A DNA stretch of 32,000 nt from Minisyncoccota bacterium. GTDB taxonomy: Bacteria > Patescibacteriota > Minisyncoccia > Minisyncoccales > RBG-13-42-11. The position numbers were made by a program, and so were the translations under genes. Location of the stretch: positions 18,281-50,280 of the forward strand of contig JBAZFF010000002.1 in assembly GCA_041653495.1 (NCBI GenBank), written 5' to 3'. The notes below the pieces were generated by a model. It was given only the letters and a program-made list of their open reading frames with translations, ran no database searches and had not been told where the DNA came from. Below, one piece after another: positions 23,820-32,000 of this stretch; the first letter of the stretch is position 1, and each line of letters begins with the position of its first letter.

Positions 23820-25073
23820 ATGATGGATATTAAAAATTTTCATTCAGCAATTTCTCAGATAGCCGAAGAAAAAGGGATTTCAGCCGAGAAGGTGCTGGAA
23901 ACAATAGAGATGGCTATAGCCGCAGCTTACAAGAAAGACTACGGGAAGAAGGGGCAGATAATAAAGGCCAAACTGGATTCACAGACCGGTTCTGTTAAGT
24001 TTTGGCAGGTAAAGCAGGTGGTGACGGAAGATATGCTTTATACTGAAGAGGAGCTGGCTCAGATGCAGGAAGTCAAAGAGGAGATAAGCGAGGAAAATAA
24101 GAAAATACGTTTCAATCCCGAAAAGCACATATTATTGGCGGACGCTAAAAAGTTGAAAAAAGACATAAAAGCGGGAGAGGAGCTGGAAACGGAGTTGGAA
24201 ACCAAGGAAGACTACGGGAGAATCGCCGCCCAGACCGCAAAACAGGTTATCTTGCAAAGGATCAGGGAAGCAGAGAAGGAAAGCGTCTTTTCTGAATATA
24301 AAGCCAAAGAAGGCGAATTGATTTCAGGAGTAGTCCAGAGAATAGAAGGAAGAAATGTCTTTTTAGATCTCGGGAAGACTTTGGGCTTCTTGCCCAGAGA
24401 AGAACAGGTTCCCGGAGAATTCTACAGGCCGGGACAGAGGCTGAAAGTTTTTGTTTTAAAAGTGGAAGACTCTTCAAGAGGATCGGTAGTTTTCTTATCC
24501 AGGGCGTATCCCAAGATAATTTCAAAGCTTTTTGAACTGGAAGTTCCCGAGATTCCTTCAAACCAGGTTGAAATAAAATCAATCGCCAGGGAGGCGGGAT
24601 CCAGGTCAAAAGTATCCGTGCAGTCAAACCAGGAAGGAATAGATCCTATCGGAGCCATGGTCGGGCAAAAAGGGACAAGGGTTATGGCTGTGATAAACGA
24701 ACTCGGAGGAGAGAAAATAGACATTATTGAATACTCCGAAGAGCCTGACAAATATATAGCCAATGCATTGTCTCCTGCCAAAGTGCTGGATGTAAAAGTT
24801 CTGCCCAAGAATAAAGCCGAAGTGTCCGTTCCTGAAGACCAGCTTTCTTTGGCTATCGGGAAGAACGGACAGAACGTAAGGCTAGCGGCAAAACTCACCG
24901 GTTGGAAAATAGACGTAAAGAGTCCTAACGGAGAAGGAATATCCAGCGAAGAGCTGTTGGAGGGAGAAGAGGCGAAAGAAGAGCCCGCAAAAGAAGCTCC
25001 CAAAGAGACAGAAGAAAAACCGAAAAAAGTTAAAAAAGTAAAAGAAAAGGTCAAAGAGAAAGATAAAAATTAA
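23820..25073 (+). CDS. nusA: Transcription termination/antitermination factor NusA
   Basis: 417 aa. The N-terminal domain ([29 protein letters not shown]), S1 ([21 protein letters not shown]) and two KH domains ([37 protein letters not shown]) are present, followed by a K/E-rich tail. Confidence 0.95.
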   Translation: MMDIKNFHSAISQIAEEKGISAEKVLETIEMAIAAAYKKDYGKKGQIIKAKLDSQTGSVKFWQVKQVVTEDMLYTEEELAQMQEVKEEISEENKKIRFNPEKHILLADAKKLKKDIKAGEELETELETKEDYGRIAAQTAKQVILQRIREAEKESVFSEYKAKEGELISGVVQRIEGRNVFLDLGKTLGFLPREEQVPGEFYRPGQRLKVFVLKVEDSSRGSVVFLSRAYPKIISKLFELEVPEIPSNQVEIKSIAREAGSRSKVSVQSNQEGIDPIGAMVGQKGTRVMAVINELGGEKIDIIEYSEEPDKYIANALSPAKVLDVKVLPKNKAEVSVPEDQLSLAIGKNGQNVRLAAKLTGWKIDVKSPNGEGISSEELLEGEEAKEEPAKEAPKETEEKPKKVKKVKEKVKEKDKN

Positions 25074-25075
25074 TT

Positions 25076-27058
25076 ATGGAATTAATTCCAATCATAGTTT
25101 CAATATTTTCTTTGCTCTTCGCTTTTTTCCTTATAAGGGAAATAAACAAATCAAAGTCTGGCGAAGGGAAAATGGCAGAAGTCTCCCAGGCCATAAAAGA
25201 GGGAGCAGTCGCGTTCTTGAAAAGGCAGTATAAGACAGTGGCCATAGCCGCCGTAGTCATATTCGTGCTTCTTTTGATTTTTCTGGGGTTTAATACCGCC
25301 CTGGGATTTCTGATAGGAGCCGTAGCTTCCGGCTTTTCGGGATATCTGGGCATGACGGTTTCGACCAGGGCAAACGTCAAAGTGGCGGAGGCCGCAAAGA
25401 ACGGTTTGAAATCCGCCTTGAGTCTTGCCTTCAAAGGAGGGTCTGTCACAGGATTCTTGGTTGCAGGCCTGGGGCTGCTTTCCGTTTCTTCGTTTTATTT
25501 GATAACAGGGGACTTAAAAGCCTTGATCGCTTTGGGATTTGGAGGGAGCTTGATTTCCGTTTTTGCCAGGCTGGGAGGCGGAATTTATACTAAAGCCGCA
25601 GATGTCGGAGCGGACTTGGTGGGCAAGGTTGAAAAAGGGATACCCGAAGACGATCCGAGAAACCCGGCGGTAATTGCCGACCAGGTCGGGGATAACGTCG
25701 GAGACTGCGCCGGAATGGCTGCAGATTTGTTTGAAACCTACGTAGTTACGATAATCGCAGCCATGGTCTTGGGGTCTTTGATATTCCCCAATATGGCACA
25801 GGCCATATTGCTTCCTTTGATTTTAGGATCCGTAGCCATACTGGCTTCTATTATTTCAACGTTCTTTGTAAGGCTTCCCAAGTCAAACTCAATCATGGCA
25901 GCCCTGTATAAGGGAATCATGGTAGCCGGAGCCTTGTCCGCTTTGGGATTCTTCCCGATACTTTCTGATTTTACAAAGAGCATGGGAATTACCCAGTGGA
26001 GCCTGTATATTCCGGCCATAGTCGGATTATTGCTGGCCGCAGGAATGTTCGTCGTCACGGAATATTTTACGTCAAAAAGTTATTCTCCGGTGAAAGCCAT
26101 TGCCAAGGCTTCCGAATCCGGTCACGGAACCAATATTATCGCAGGATTGGCCGTGGCAATGAAATCTACTATAGTTCCGGTTATTTTGATTTCAATCGGA
26201 GTATTGGTAAGCTTCCATCTCGGGGGAATGTACGGGTTGGCGATATCCGCCGTTGCCATGCTTTCTTTGACCGGGTTGATTATTGCCATGGACTCTTACG
26301 GCCCCATCACCGATAACGCCGCAGGGATTGCCGAAATGTCAGGATTGGATCCTGAAGTGAGAAAGACCACGGATGCATTGGATTCGGTCGGGAACACGAC
26401 AAAGGCTGTGACCAAAGGATACGCCATAGCTTCGGCGGGGCTTGCAGCTTTAGTATTGTTCGCCGCTTACACCCAGGAGCTCTCGGAAATAGGAAGGCAG
26501 GTAAACTTCTTTTTGGAAGATCCCAAGGTTTTGGTAGGATTACTCTCGGGCGGAGTAGTGGCTTATTACTTTGCGTCTCTGTCTATGGAAGCGGTGGGAA
26601 AGGCGGCAGGAAAAGTAGTAGAAGAAGTCAGAAGGCAGTTTAAGGAGATCCCGGGAATTATGGAAGGGAAAGCCAGGCCGGATTATTCCAGCTGCGTAGA
26701 CATCGTCACCAAGGCAGCCTTAAAACAGATGTTGCTGCCCGCTTTGCTCCCTGTGGTATTTCCGATCTTGATTTTCGTTCTTTTGGGGGCGGAAGGTTTG
26801 GGAGGATTGCTGATAGGTTCTCTGGTGATAGGGATATTCTTAGCTATCCAGATGACTTCAGGCGGCGGAGCTTGGGATAACGCCAAGAAATACATAGAAG
26901 ACGGGAACTACGGCGGCAAGGGATCATTCGCCCACCAGGCAGCGGTGACCGGAGATACTGTAGGAGATCCCTACAAGGATACTGCGGGGCCCGCCATAAA
27001 CCCCATGATCAAAATATTGAATATCGTTGCCTTGCTGATAGTCGGATTATTGGCTTAA
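25076..27058 (+). CDS. hppA: Membrane-integral H+-translocating pyrophosphatase, K+-independent-type signature
   Basis: 660 aa, polytopic. [37 protein letters not shown] and [20 protein letters not shown]. The [10 protein letters not shown] motif has Lys at the A/K position that distinguishes K+-independent enzymes. Confidence 0.96.
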   Translation: MELIPIIVSIFSLLFAFFLIREINKSKSGEGKMAEVSQAIKEGAVAFLKRQYKTVAIAAVVIFVLLLIFLGFNTALGFLIGAVASGFSGYLGMTVSTRANVKVAEAAKNGLKSALSLAFKGGSVTGFLVAGLGLLSVSSFYLITGDLKALIALGFGGSLISVFARLGGGIYTKAADVGADLVGKVEKGIPEDDPRNPAVIADQVGDNVGDCAGMAADLFETYVVTIIAAMVLGSLIFPNMAQAILLPLILGSVAILASIISTFFVRLPKSNSIMAALYKGIMVAGALSALGFFPILSDFTKSMGITQWSLYIPAIVGLLLAAGMFVVTEYFTSKSYSPVKAIAKASESGHGTNIIAGLAVAMKSTIVPVILISIGVLVSFHLGGMYGLAISAVAMLSLTGLIIAMDSYGPITDNAAGIAEMSGLDPEVRKTTDALDSVGNTTKAVTKGYAIASAGLAALVLFAAYTQELSEIGRQVNFFLEDPKVLVGLLSGGVVAYYFASLSMEAVGKAAGKVVEEVRRQFKEIPGIMEGKARPDYSSCVDIVTKAALKQMLLPALLPVVFPILIFVLLGAEGLGGLLIGSLVIGIFLAIQMTSGGGAWDNAKKYIEDGNYGGKGSFAHQAAVTGDTVGDPYKDTAGPAINPMIKILNIVALLIVGLLA

Positions 27059-27069
27059 GGTTGTCAAAA

Positions 27070-27091
27070 AGGGGCCTTATGGCTCCTTTTT
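27070..27091 (+). terminator. Intrinsic terminator after hppA
   Basis: AGGGGCC (27070..27076) / GGCTCCT (27081..27087, one G-U pair), followed by TTTT. Confidence 0.6.
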
Positions 27092-27096
27092 GTTTC

Positions 27097-27124
27097 TTGA
27101 CTCAGCTTACTCAAAAGATATAAT
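27097..27124 (+). promoter_or_regulatory. Consensus sigma-70 promoter placing the TSS on the clpP ATG (leaderless)
   Basis: TTGACT (27097..27102), 16-nt spacer, TATAAT (27119..27124). Six nt separate the -10 from the ATG at 27131. No SD. Confidence 0.55.
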
Positions 27125-27130
27125 GAAGTC

Positions 27131-27742
27131 ATGAATTTAATTCCTACAGTAATAGAAAAGTCTCAATATGGAGAAAGGGCTTATGATATCTATTCCAGGC
27201 TTTTAAAGGACAGGATAGTATTTTTGGCAGGTCCGGTTATGGACACTTTGGCCAATGCCATAATAGCCCAGCTTCTGTTCTTGGCTTCCCAGGACCCCAA
27301 GAAAGACATCCAATTGTACATAAACAGCCCAGGAGGATCGGTGACTGCAGGCATGGCGATATACGACACTATGCAGTACATAAAGCCTGATGTTTCCACT
27401 GTTTGCGTCGGAATGGCGGCTTCCATGGGAGCAGTTTTATTGGCTTCGGGGGCTAAAAACAAGAGATTCGCTCTTCCTAATTCCCAGGTATTGCTTCACC
27501 AGGTGGCAGGCGGGGTGTCGGGAGAAGCAATTGAGATTGAGATTACGGCAAAGCAGATAATAAAAATAAGGGAAAAGCTGAATACAATAATTTCAAAGCA
27601 TACGGGACAGCCTCTGGCGAAGATCCAAAAGGATACGGACAGGGACTTTTACTTGTCGGCTCAAGAAGCCAAGGAATACGGGGTGGTGGATGAGGTGATA
27701 GGTGAGAAATCAAAAAACCTTAATATTAAAAAGAGCTCTTAG
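27131..27742 (+). CDS. clpP: ATP-dependent Clp protease proteolytic subunit
   Basis: 203 aa. [37 protein letters not shown], the catalytic Ser in [11 protein letters not shown], and LLHQ. Confidence 0.97.
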   Translation: MNLIPTVIEKSQYGERAYDIYSRLLKDRIVFLAGPVMDTLANAIIAQLLFLASQDPKKDIQLYINSPGGSVTAGMAIYDTMQYIKPDVSTVCVGMAASMGAVLLASGAKNKRFALPNSQVLLHQVAGGVSGEAIEIEITAKQIIKIREKLNTIISKHTGQPLAKIQKDTDRDFYLSAQEAKEYGVVDEVIGEKSKNLNIKKSS

Positions 27743-27753
27743 GAGCTCTTTTT
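27732..27753 (+). terminator. Intrinsic terminator overlapping the clpP stop codon
   Basis: AGAGCTC (27732..27738) / GAGCTCT (27743..27749). The loop TTAG contains the TAG stop. TTTT follows. Confidence 0.65.
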
Positions 27754-27842
27754 GTTCTGGGGATATCTGGCGTTTGACCTTTCTTTTTAAATTACTGTTT
27801 GGTATTATATAGTAATACATTTTAAAATTAACTAAACTAAAT

Positions 27843-28088
27843 ATGGTTTTTACGCTAAAGAACATATTAAAACTAATCTTATTTCTCTGGGTAGTGTTTT
27901 CGGTCGTCTATATTTGTAACAACATTTGGACGAATTATAAAAATGTACAATTAGTCGAGGCTTATAACCAGGGTAAAGCCGATACTATAAATCTTTTAAT
28001 ACAAGAAGCTGAAAAGTGCGATGAAATTCCTGTCTTTAGCGGGGATAAGGAGATACAACTAATAGAGACAAGTTGCCTTGAAGAATAG
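27843..28088 (+). CDS. Small single-pass membrane protein
   Basis: 81 aa with TM LKLILFLWVVFSVVYICNNIW. No known motif. Confidence 0.45.
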   Translation: MVFTLKNILKLILFLWVVFSVVYICNNIWTNYKNVQLVEAYNQGKADTINLLIQEAEKCDEIPVFSGDKEIQLIETSCLEE

Positions 28089-28100
28089 AAATTATTTATA

Positions 28101-28109
28101 TGGTATAAT
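28101..28109 (+). promoter_or_regulatory. Candidate extended -10 promoter (TGGTATAAT)
   Basis: TG-n-TATAAT at 28101..28109, 12 nt upstream of the ATG at 28122. Confidence 0.35.
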
Positions 28110-28121
28110 GCGGTAATAATT

Positions 28122-28406
28122 ATGACCAAGAAAAATAGAGTTATAATAATCGGTATTTTGATTTTGTTATTAATTATTGCGGTTATTATTATATTGAAAT
28201 TAAATAAGGGGGAGGAAACAATAGATCGTGAAGAAACTACTGAAGATTTATTAAACAGATTAACTCCCAAGACTGCGGGATCTTTGACCGAAGAAGAGCA
28301 GAAAGAAGTGAATGATTTATTGTCTGGACTTACTCCTGATAATTCAGAGAACGCAACTAGCAAACAAACGGAAATAGAAGGATTATTAAACGATCTTACG
28401 CCCTAA
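28122..28406 (+). CDS. Small single-pass membrane protein with three LL-x-x-LTP repeats
   Basis: 94 aa with TM VIIIGILILLLIIAVIIIL, then DLLNRLTPKT / DLLSGLTPDN / GLLNDLTP. Confidence 0.5.
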   Translation: MTKKNRVIIIGILILLLIIAVIIILKLNKGEETIDREETTEDLLNRLTPKTAGSLTEEEQKEVNDLLSGLTPDNSENATSKQTEIEGLLNDLTP

Positions 28407-28432
28407 ACAAAACTTAAATAATAATTAATCAT

Positions 28433-29362
28433 ATGAAACACACAATCTCTCTAATAATAGGAGTAGCGGTCATGAGTCTTTTTGTGGGGTACTGGGCCAT
28501 TGCTTTTACTTCCCCCACAGCTACAGCTCCAGGCGACAATGTGGCTACCCCTCTAAATACAAGTATTAATGCCCAGTCGAAGGAAGGAGCTTTGGTGCTG
28601 GGAACCAATTCGTCGGTTTCCATAGCCTTAGTAGTGTTGAACGGAAAGGTGGGAATCGGGACAACGAATCCGAGTGAGAGTCTCGAAGTGGCTGGCAGCG
28701 CAAAATTCAGAGATTCTTTTATACTAAATCCAGTTAATGCTCCTTCTTCTCCAGCGGAAGGGGAAACTTATTTTAACCAGAACGACAAATTCATTTATTA
28801 TTATAATGGTTCGTCTTGGGTCAGGATAGGAACTGCAACCGGAGATTCTTGCACCACGGGCAGTGAGTGCGGAAGCGGTTATTGTGTAGACGGCTACTGT
28901 TGTAATTCTGCCTGTAGTAGCACTTGTTATGCCTGTAACCTTGCAGGGTCCATAGGCACTTGCACTGCAGTGACAAATTATGCGGAGGATTCGGGTTGTA
29001 CTTCCACCTGCCAGGGTTGTTCTAATGGCTCTTGTACATACATTCCCAACGGATATTCAGACACTTATGGTACTGGATTGTGTAATAATACTCATTATCG
29101 TTGTGATGGATCCGGTAGTTGTACAGCTCCTATTGCTACTTCAGATATAGGTTGCGAAACTTACCTTGGCGATACTGGTTATGAGGTTTGCTCAGCTCTT
29201 GGTTTCGACGGTTGTAATGTTGGTGCTATTTGTATAAGTGGTAATTGTGCTATGCCGACATATAATTGTGCCTGTAGTTATGTTTGTGACGGCGGCTGTA
29301 GTTATCCGGGTGCTTCAAATTACTATGGTACTATCAGATGTTATAACTGGGTGTACGACTAG
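28433..29362 (+). CDS. Membrane-anchored/secreted Cys-rich fibre-like surface protein
   Basis: 309 aa. N-terminal anchor IIGVAVMSLFVGYWAIAF, then GKVGIGTTNPSESLEVAGSAKF and a C-terminal half with about 30 Cys. It shares a 41-aa Cys module with the next gene. Confidence 0.75.
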   Translation: MKHTISLIIGVAVMSLFVGYWAIAFTSPTATAPGDNVATPLNTSINAQSKEGALVLGTNSSVSIALVVLNGKVGIGTTNPSESLEVAGSAKFRDSFILNPVNAPSSPAEGETYFNQNDKFIYYYNGSSWVRIGTATGDSCTTGSECGSGYCVDGYCCNSACSSTCYACNLAGSIGTCTAVTNYAEDSGCTSTCQGCSNGSCTYIPNGYSDTYGTGLCNNTHYRCDGSGSCTAPIATSDIGCETYLGDTGYEVCSALGFDGCNVGAICISGNCAMPTYNCACSYVCDGGCSYPGASNYYGTIRCYNWVYD

Positions 29363-29385
29363 TAGTTTTAACAAGTGATATTGAA

Positions 29386-30561
29386 ATGGATAAAAAAGAA
29401 AAATTAAAATCACTTTTCGGCTTAATAAAAAATAAGCAGATTTTATTTTTAGTTGTAATTGTGGTTTTAATAATAGGCGCCGCATTCATTTCTAAAGCCA
29501 CTTCTTCTATCACCGATACATTTGATGATTCCTCGAAAATTGCGGGGACAACCAACGTTACTGTCAGCGGAGGGCAGATAAAGTTATCTTTGTTTGGAAA
29601 CGGACTCGCCTGCACTTCCGCCAGCCAGTGCGTGTCAGGTTATTGCGCGGATGGATACTGTTGTAACTCTGCTTGCGGTAGCACTTGCCAAGCTTGTGAT
29701 TTAACGGGAACAGTAGGGGCATGCACCACCGTTGTTGCGGGACAAGATCCGGACAGCGAATGTTCAGCTTATACTTGCACTAATTATATATACGGCTGGA
29801 ACGGGAACAGTTGCGCTAAATATTCCGGAGCGACTTCTTACAACGGGACCTGTTCGGGCTCTACTAGCTGCTCAACTGTAGCCAGTTCCTGCACTGGCGT
29901 AGGCTCTGCTTCTGCTTCTTGCGGGAGCGCGGGGTGCAATAAGGCTTGCGTAGCCAGTTCATACTATACAGGATATGATACCGTAGCTGAAGTTTGCTAC
30001 ACTGCAGACCAGCATGGTTGCAGTACGTCATATTATTGTAATTCTTCAGGAACTTGCGTGTGTAATGGTACTGGAACGGCCTGTTCCTCCGGCATACAAT
30101 GCTGTTCAGGATATTGTTATATAGATGCAGACGGGGACGGATATGCTGGTTCTTCGGGAACTGCGACCTGCAGGCCGGCGGCTTCGGCGGGAACTGACTG
30201 CTATGACGCAAATGCCAATGCAAGGCCCGGGCAGACCTCTTCCTTCACGGCTAACAGAGGAGATGGAAGCTTTGATTATAATTGTAACTCTGTTATTATT
30301 AAAGATTCAAATTGTTCAGGTACTATAAATTGTACGGGATCAGGCTCTAATCCTTGTTGCGGCGGGTATACATCCTGTAGCGCGACATCTTACACTGCTA
30401 ATTGCGGACAAGCTTGGACGAGTGGTACTTGTGTAAATACGGGTTGTGCTGGTTATTATCAATGCGTTGTGGCGAATGCCGTTTCTGGGTGCGGTTGTTT
30501 CCCAATCGGTTCAGTTAATTATACTTGTTCTACGGTCGCGAAAACTTGCGGCTGCAATTAG
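29386..30561 (+). CDS. Membrane-anchored/secreted Cys-rich surface protein (paralogous module to the previous gene)
   Basis: 391 aa. TM ILFLVVIVVLIIGAAFI, then a region very rich in Cys, Gly, Ser and Thr, including CTSASQCVSGYCADGYCCNSACGSTCQACDLTGTVGACTTV. Confidence 0.75.
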   Translation: MDKKEKLKSLFGLIKNKQILFLVVIVVLIIGAAFISKATSSITDTFDDSSKIAGTTNVTVSGGQIKLSLFGNGLACTSASQCVSGYCADGYCCNSACGSTCQACDLTGTVGACTTVVAGQDPDSECSAYTCTNYIYGWNGNSCAKYSGATSYNGTCSGSTSCSTVASSCTGVGSASASCGSAGCNKACVASSYYTGYDTVAEVCYTADQHGCSTSYYCNSSGTCVCNGTGTACSSGIQCCSGYCYIDADGDGYAGSSGTATCRPAASAGTDCYDANANARPGQTSSFTANRGDGSFDYNCNSVIIKDSNCSGTINCTGSGSNPCCGGYTSCSATSYTANCGQAWTSGTCVNTGCAGYYQCVVANAVSGCGCFPIGSVNYTCSTVAKTCGCN

Positions 30562-30563
30562 AT

Positions 30564-32000
30564 ATGCTTAATAGAAGAAATTTAATTTTAATATCTATTG
30601 TAAGCTTGATCTGCCTTTATCTCCCTGGGTTGGTTCTTGGGTATTATACTTCCGGAAGTTTTACGTCCACCAATCTATTAAGCAGTCATGCTCTTGTAGA
30701 TAATTTCTATTACGACCTTTCCGCTAAGCCGAGCGGGACTACAGCTGTCATCCAATTCAGCCGGGATAATTCCAATTGGTACAATTCTTCGGGTGTCTTG
30801 GGGGGAACGAATACTTTAAGCGTCGGAACTAATAACGTTATCAGTTTATCTTCACTGGATTGGAGGGGCAGCAGTTTCTATTATAAAGTTTCTTTCACTT
30901 CAGACGGGGCCGCCACTCCGGTTTTAGATAAAATTATTCTTGAATATTCTCCGATAAATGTTCCCACGGTAACCACGTCTGCCGCCACCAATATTGGAAT
31001 TGATTCCGCCACGGGCAATGGCATAATCTCCAGTAATGGAGGGGAAACCGTGGATATGAGAGGAGTCCAATGGGGGACAGATTCGGGCATTTACACCAGT
31101 TCTTCTACTCAGTCAGGCAGTTTCTTAGTGGGTAACTTTACTAAAGATATGGGGGATTTGGTGGTTGAAACTACTTACTATTACCAAGCCATGGCGCATA
31201 ACTCTGCCGGCTGGGGGTTCGGGGAAGAAAAAAGCTTCAGGACGGATCCTCCTCTTTGCGAGGAGCATAATGTTTCAGGATATGCCTGGTCGGAAACTAT
31301 AGGCTGGGTCAGCCTTTCCTGCACGAACGAGTCGGGAGTCGGGGCGGGGTCTAATTATGGAGTTGACATAGCGACTTCGACCGGTGTCTTCTCGGGACAT
31401 GCCTGGTCGGAAAACATAGGCTGGATTGATTTTGGAGTGGAAGGTGAAATATATCCCGGAACTCCGGAATATTCTGTCCAGGCCGCTACAGATACCGGAG
31501 AAGTGACTGGTTGGGCGACTACTTGTTCTGTATACGAATCCGGGTGTAGCGGAGACATGAAGCCCTTGGAGGAAAGAGGGGGCTGGAGCGGCTGGATACT
31601 AATGGACGGAGACGGCTCTACCGGAGTTAATATAGATTACAGTGATGGGAGTTTTTCAGGATATGCCTGGTCGGATATGATAATAGGCTGGATGGATTTT
31701 CAATATGCTTCAACTACTTTTAACCTTGCCGAGAATGCTGCCCCTTCCGCAGGTTCTCTGGACGTGAGCGGAGCAGGAGAATGCTCTTACGTTTTGCAAA
31801 TACCTACTTTCAGTTGGACATATACTGATTCTGACAATAATCCTGTAGGCACCGATCCCCAGTCAGCTTACCAAATAAGGATTGACAGCGATTCTGCTTT
31901 TGAGGTGGATGAGAACGACGATGCGGTTTTGGATTCAAACGAGTTTACCTGCACCGGGAGCGTGTGCTCCGGGGGATCTTCTGCTTCCTTCTCTCCGACA
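30564..32000 (+). CDS. Large surface protein, N-terminal 479 aa (runs off right edge), with Fn3-like domain and G[YH]AWSE-IGW repeats
   Basis: Not in the ORF track because it has no stop. My translation from the ATG at 30564 is open for all 479 codons: MLNRRNLILISIVSLICLYLPGLVLGYYTSG... It contains VTTSAATNIGIDSATGNGIISSNGGETVDMRGVQWGTDSG...YYYQAMAHNSAGWGFGEEKSF (Fn3-like) and three SG[YH]AWSExIGW[VIM]xF repeats. Confidence 0.75.
   Translation, partial: MLNRRNLILISIVSLICLYLPGLVLGYYTSGSFTSTNLLSSHALVDNFYYDLSAKPSGTTAVIQFSRDNSNWYNSSGVLGGTNTLSVGTNNVISLSSLDWRGSSFYYKVSFTSDGAATPVLDKIILEYSPINVPTVTTSAATNIGIDSATGNGIISSNGGETVDMRGVQWGTDSGIYTSSSTQSGSFLVGNFTKDMGDLVVETTYYYQAMAHNSAGWGFGEEKSFRTDPPLCEEHNVSGYAWSETIGWVSLSCTNESGVGAGSNYGVDIATSTGVFSGHAWSENIGWIDFGVEGEIYPGTPEYSVQAATDTGEVTGWATTCSVYESGCSGDMKPLEERGGWSGWILMDGDGSTGVNIDYSDGSFSGYAWSDMIIGWMDFQYASTTFNLAENAAPSAGSLDVSGAGECSYVLQIPTFSWTYTDSDNNPVGTDPQSAYQIRIDSDSAFEVDENDDAVLDSNEFTCTGSVCSGGSSASFSPT

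Noticed and set aside
8793-27462. Many 60-210-aa ORFs antisense to or out of frame with pnp, cca, the PlsY fusion, nusA, hppA and clpP (for example 24422..25054, 25051..25449, 22235..22774, 12097..12570)
   Set aside because: All are embedded in strongly supported conserved genes on the opposite strand or in another frame. Their products are low-complexity (Ser/Phe/Leu-rich) mirror translations.
1-32000. Alternative genetic code (UGA recoding as in some CPR lineages), CRISPR arrays, rRNA genes and IS/transposase genes
   Set aside because: - TGA functions as a stop in well-defined genes (the 826-aa gene at 2638..2640; the NYN gene at 10811..10813, overlapping the pnp ATG).
- Conserved proteins are full length under the standard code.
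- No direct-repeat/spacer arrays, rRNA-like sequence or transposase/integrase motifs were seen.

Overview
The window is a densely packed bacterial chromosome segment with short or absent intergenic spacers, stop/start overlaps and tRNA genes abutting CDSs. From gene content I infer a streamlined CPR/Patescibacteria-like organism; this is inference, not a database result. The standard genetic code applies, since TGA is used as a stop.

Housekeeping genes I can recognise:
- rsmA/ksgA
- a LysM-M23 peptidase
- a DksA/TraR zinc finger
- an amidase_2-like membrane protein
- an rpsO-NYN-pnp operon
- four tRNAs (Arg-UCG, Lys-CUU, Pro-CGG, Ala-CGC), none encoding CCA, clustered around the cca gene
- a Cas4-like PD-(D/E)XK nuclease
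- nusA
- a K+-independent-type H+-pyrophosphatase
- clpP

Four things stand out:
1. A roughly 6 kb block (about 14.4-20.4 kb) lies next to tRNA-Ala and has visibly different arginine codon usage. It carries an operon of an Asn/Asp-tRNA-synthetase catalytic-core paralog (no anticodon-binding domain), two SAM methyltransferases and an S66 MccF/LdcA-type peptidase. A HisRS/HisZ-like class II paralog lies convergent to it. I read this as a candidate uncharacterised aminoacyl-adenylate-type small-molecule system (biosynthesis, modification or immunity).
2. An 858-aa single polypeptide fuses PlsY, a FakA-type Dak2 kinase module and a DegV (FakB-type) fatty-acid-binding domain. This would be a complete exogenous fatty acid to lysophosphatidate route.
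3. There are two loci of large secreted, Cys-rich, internally repetitive surface proteins. Two of these proteins are anchored by a two-helix TrbC/VirB2-like pilin module.
4. Consensus sigma-70-type promoters sit so close to ATG codons that cca and clpP are predicted to be leaderless.

No rRNA, CRISPR array, integrase or transposase was seen.
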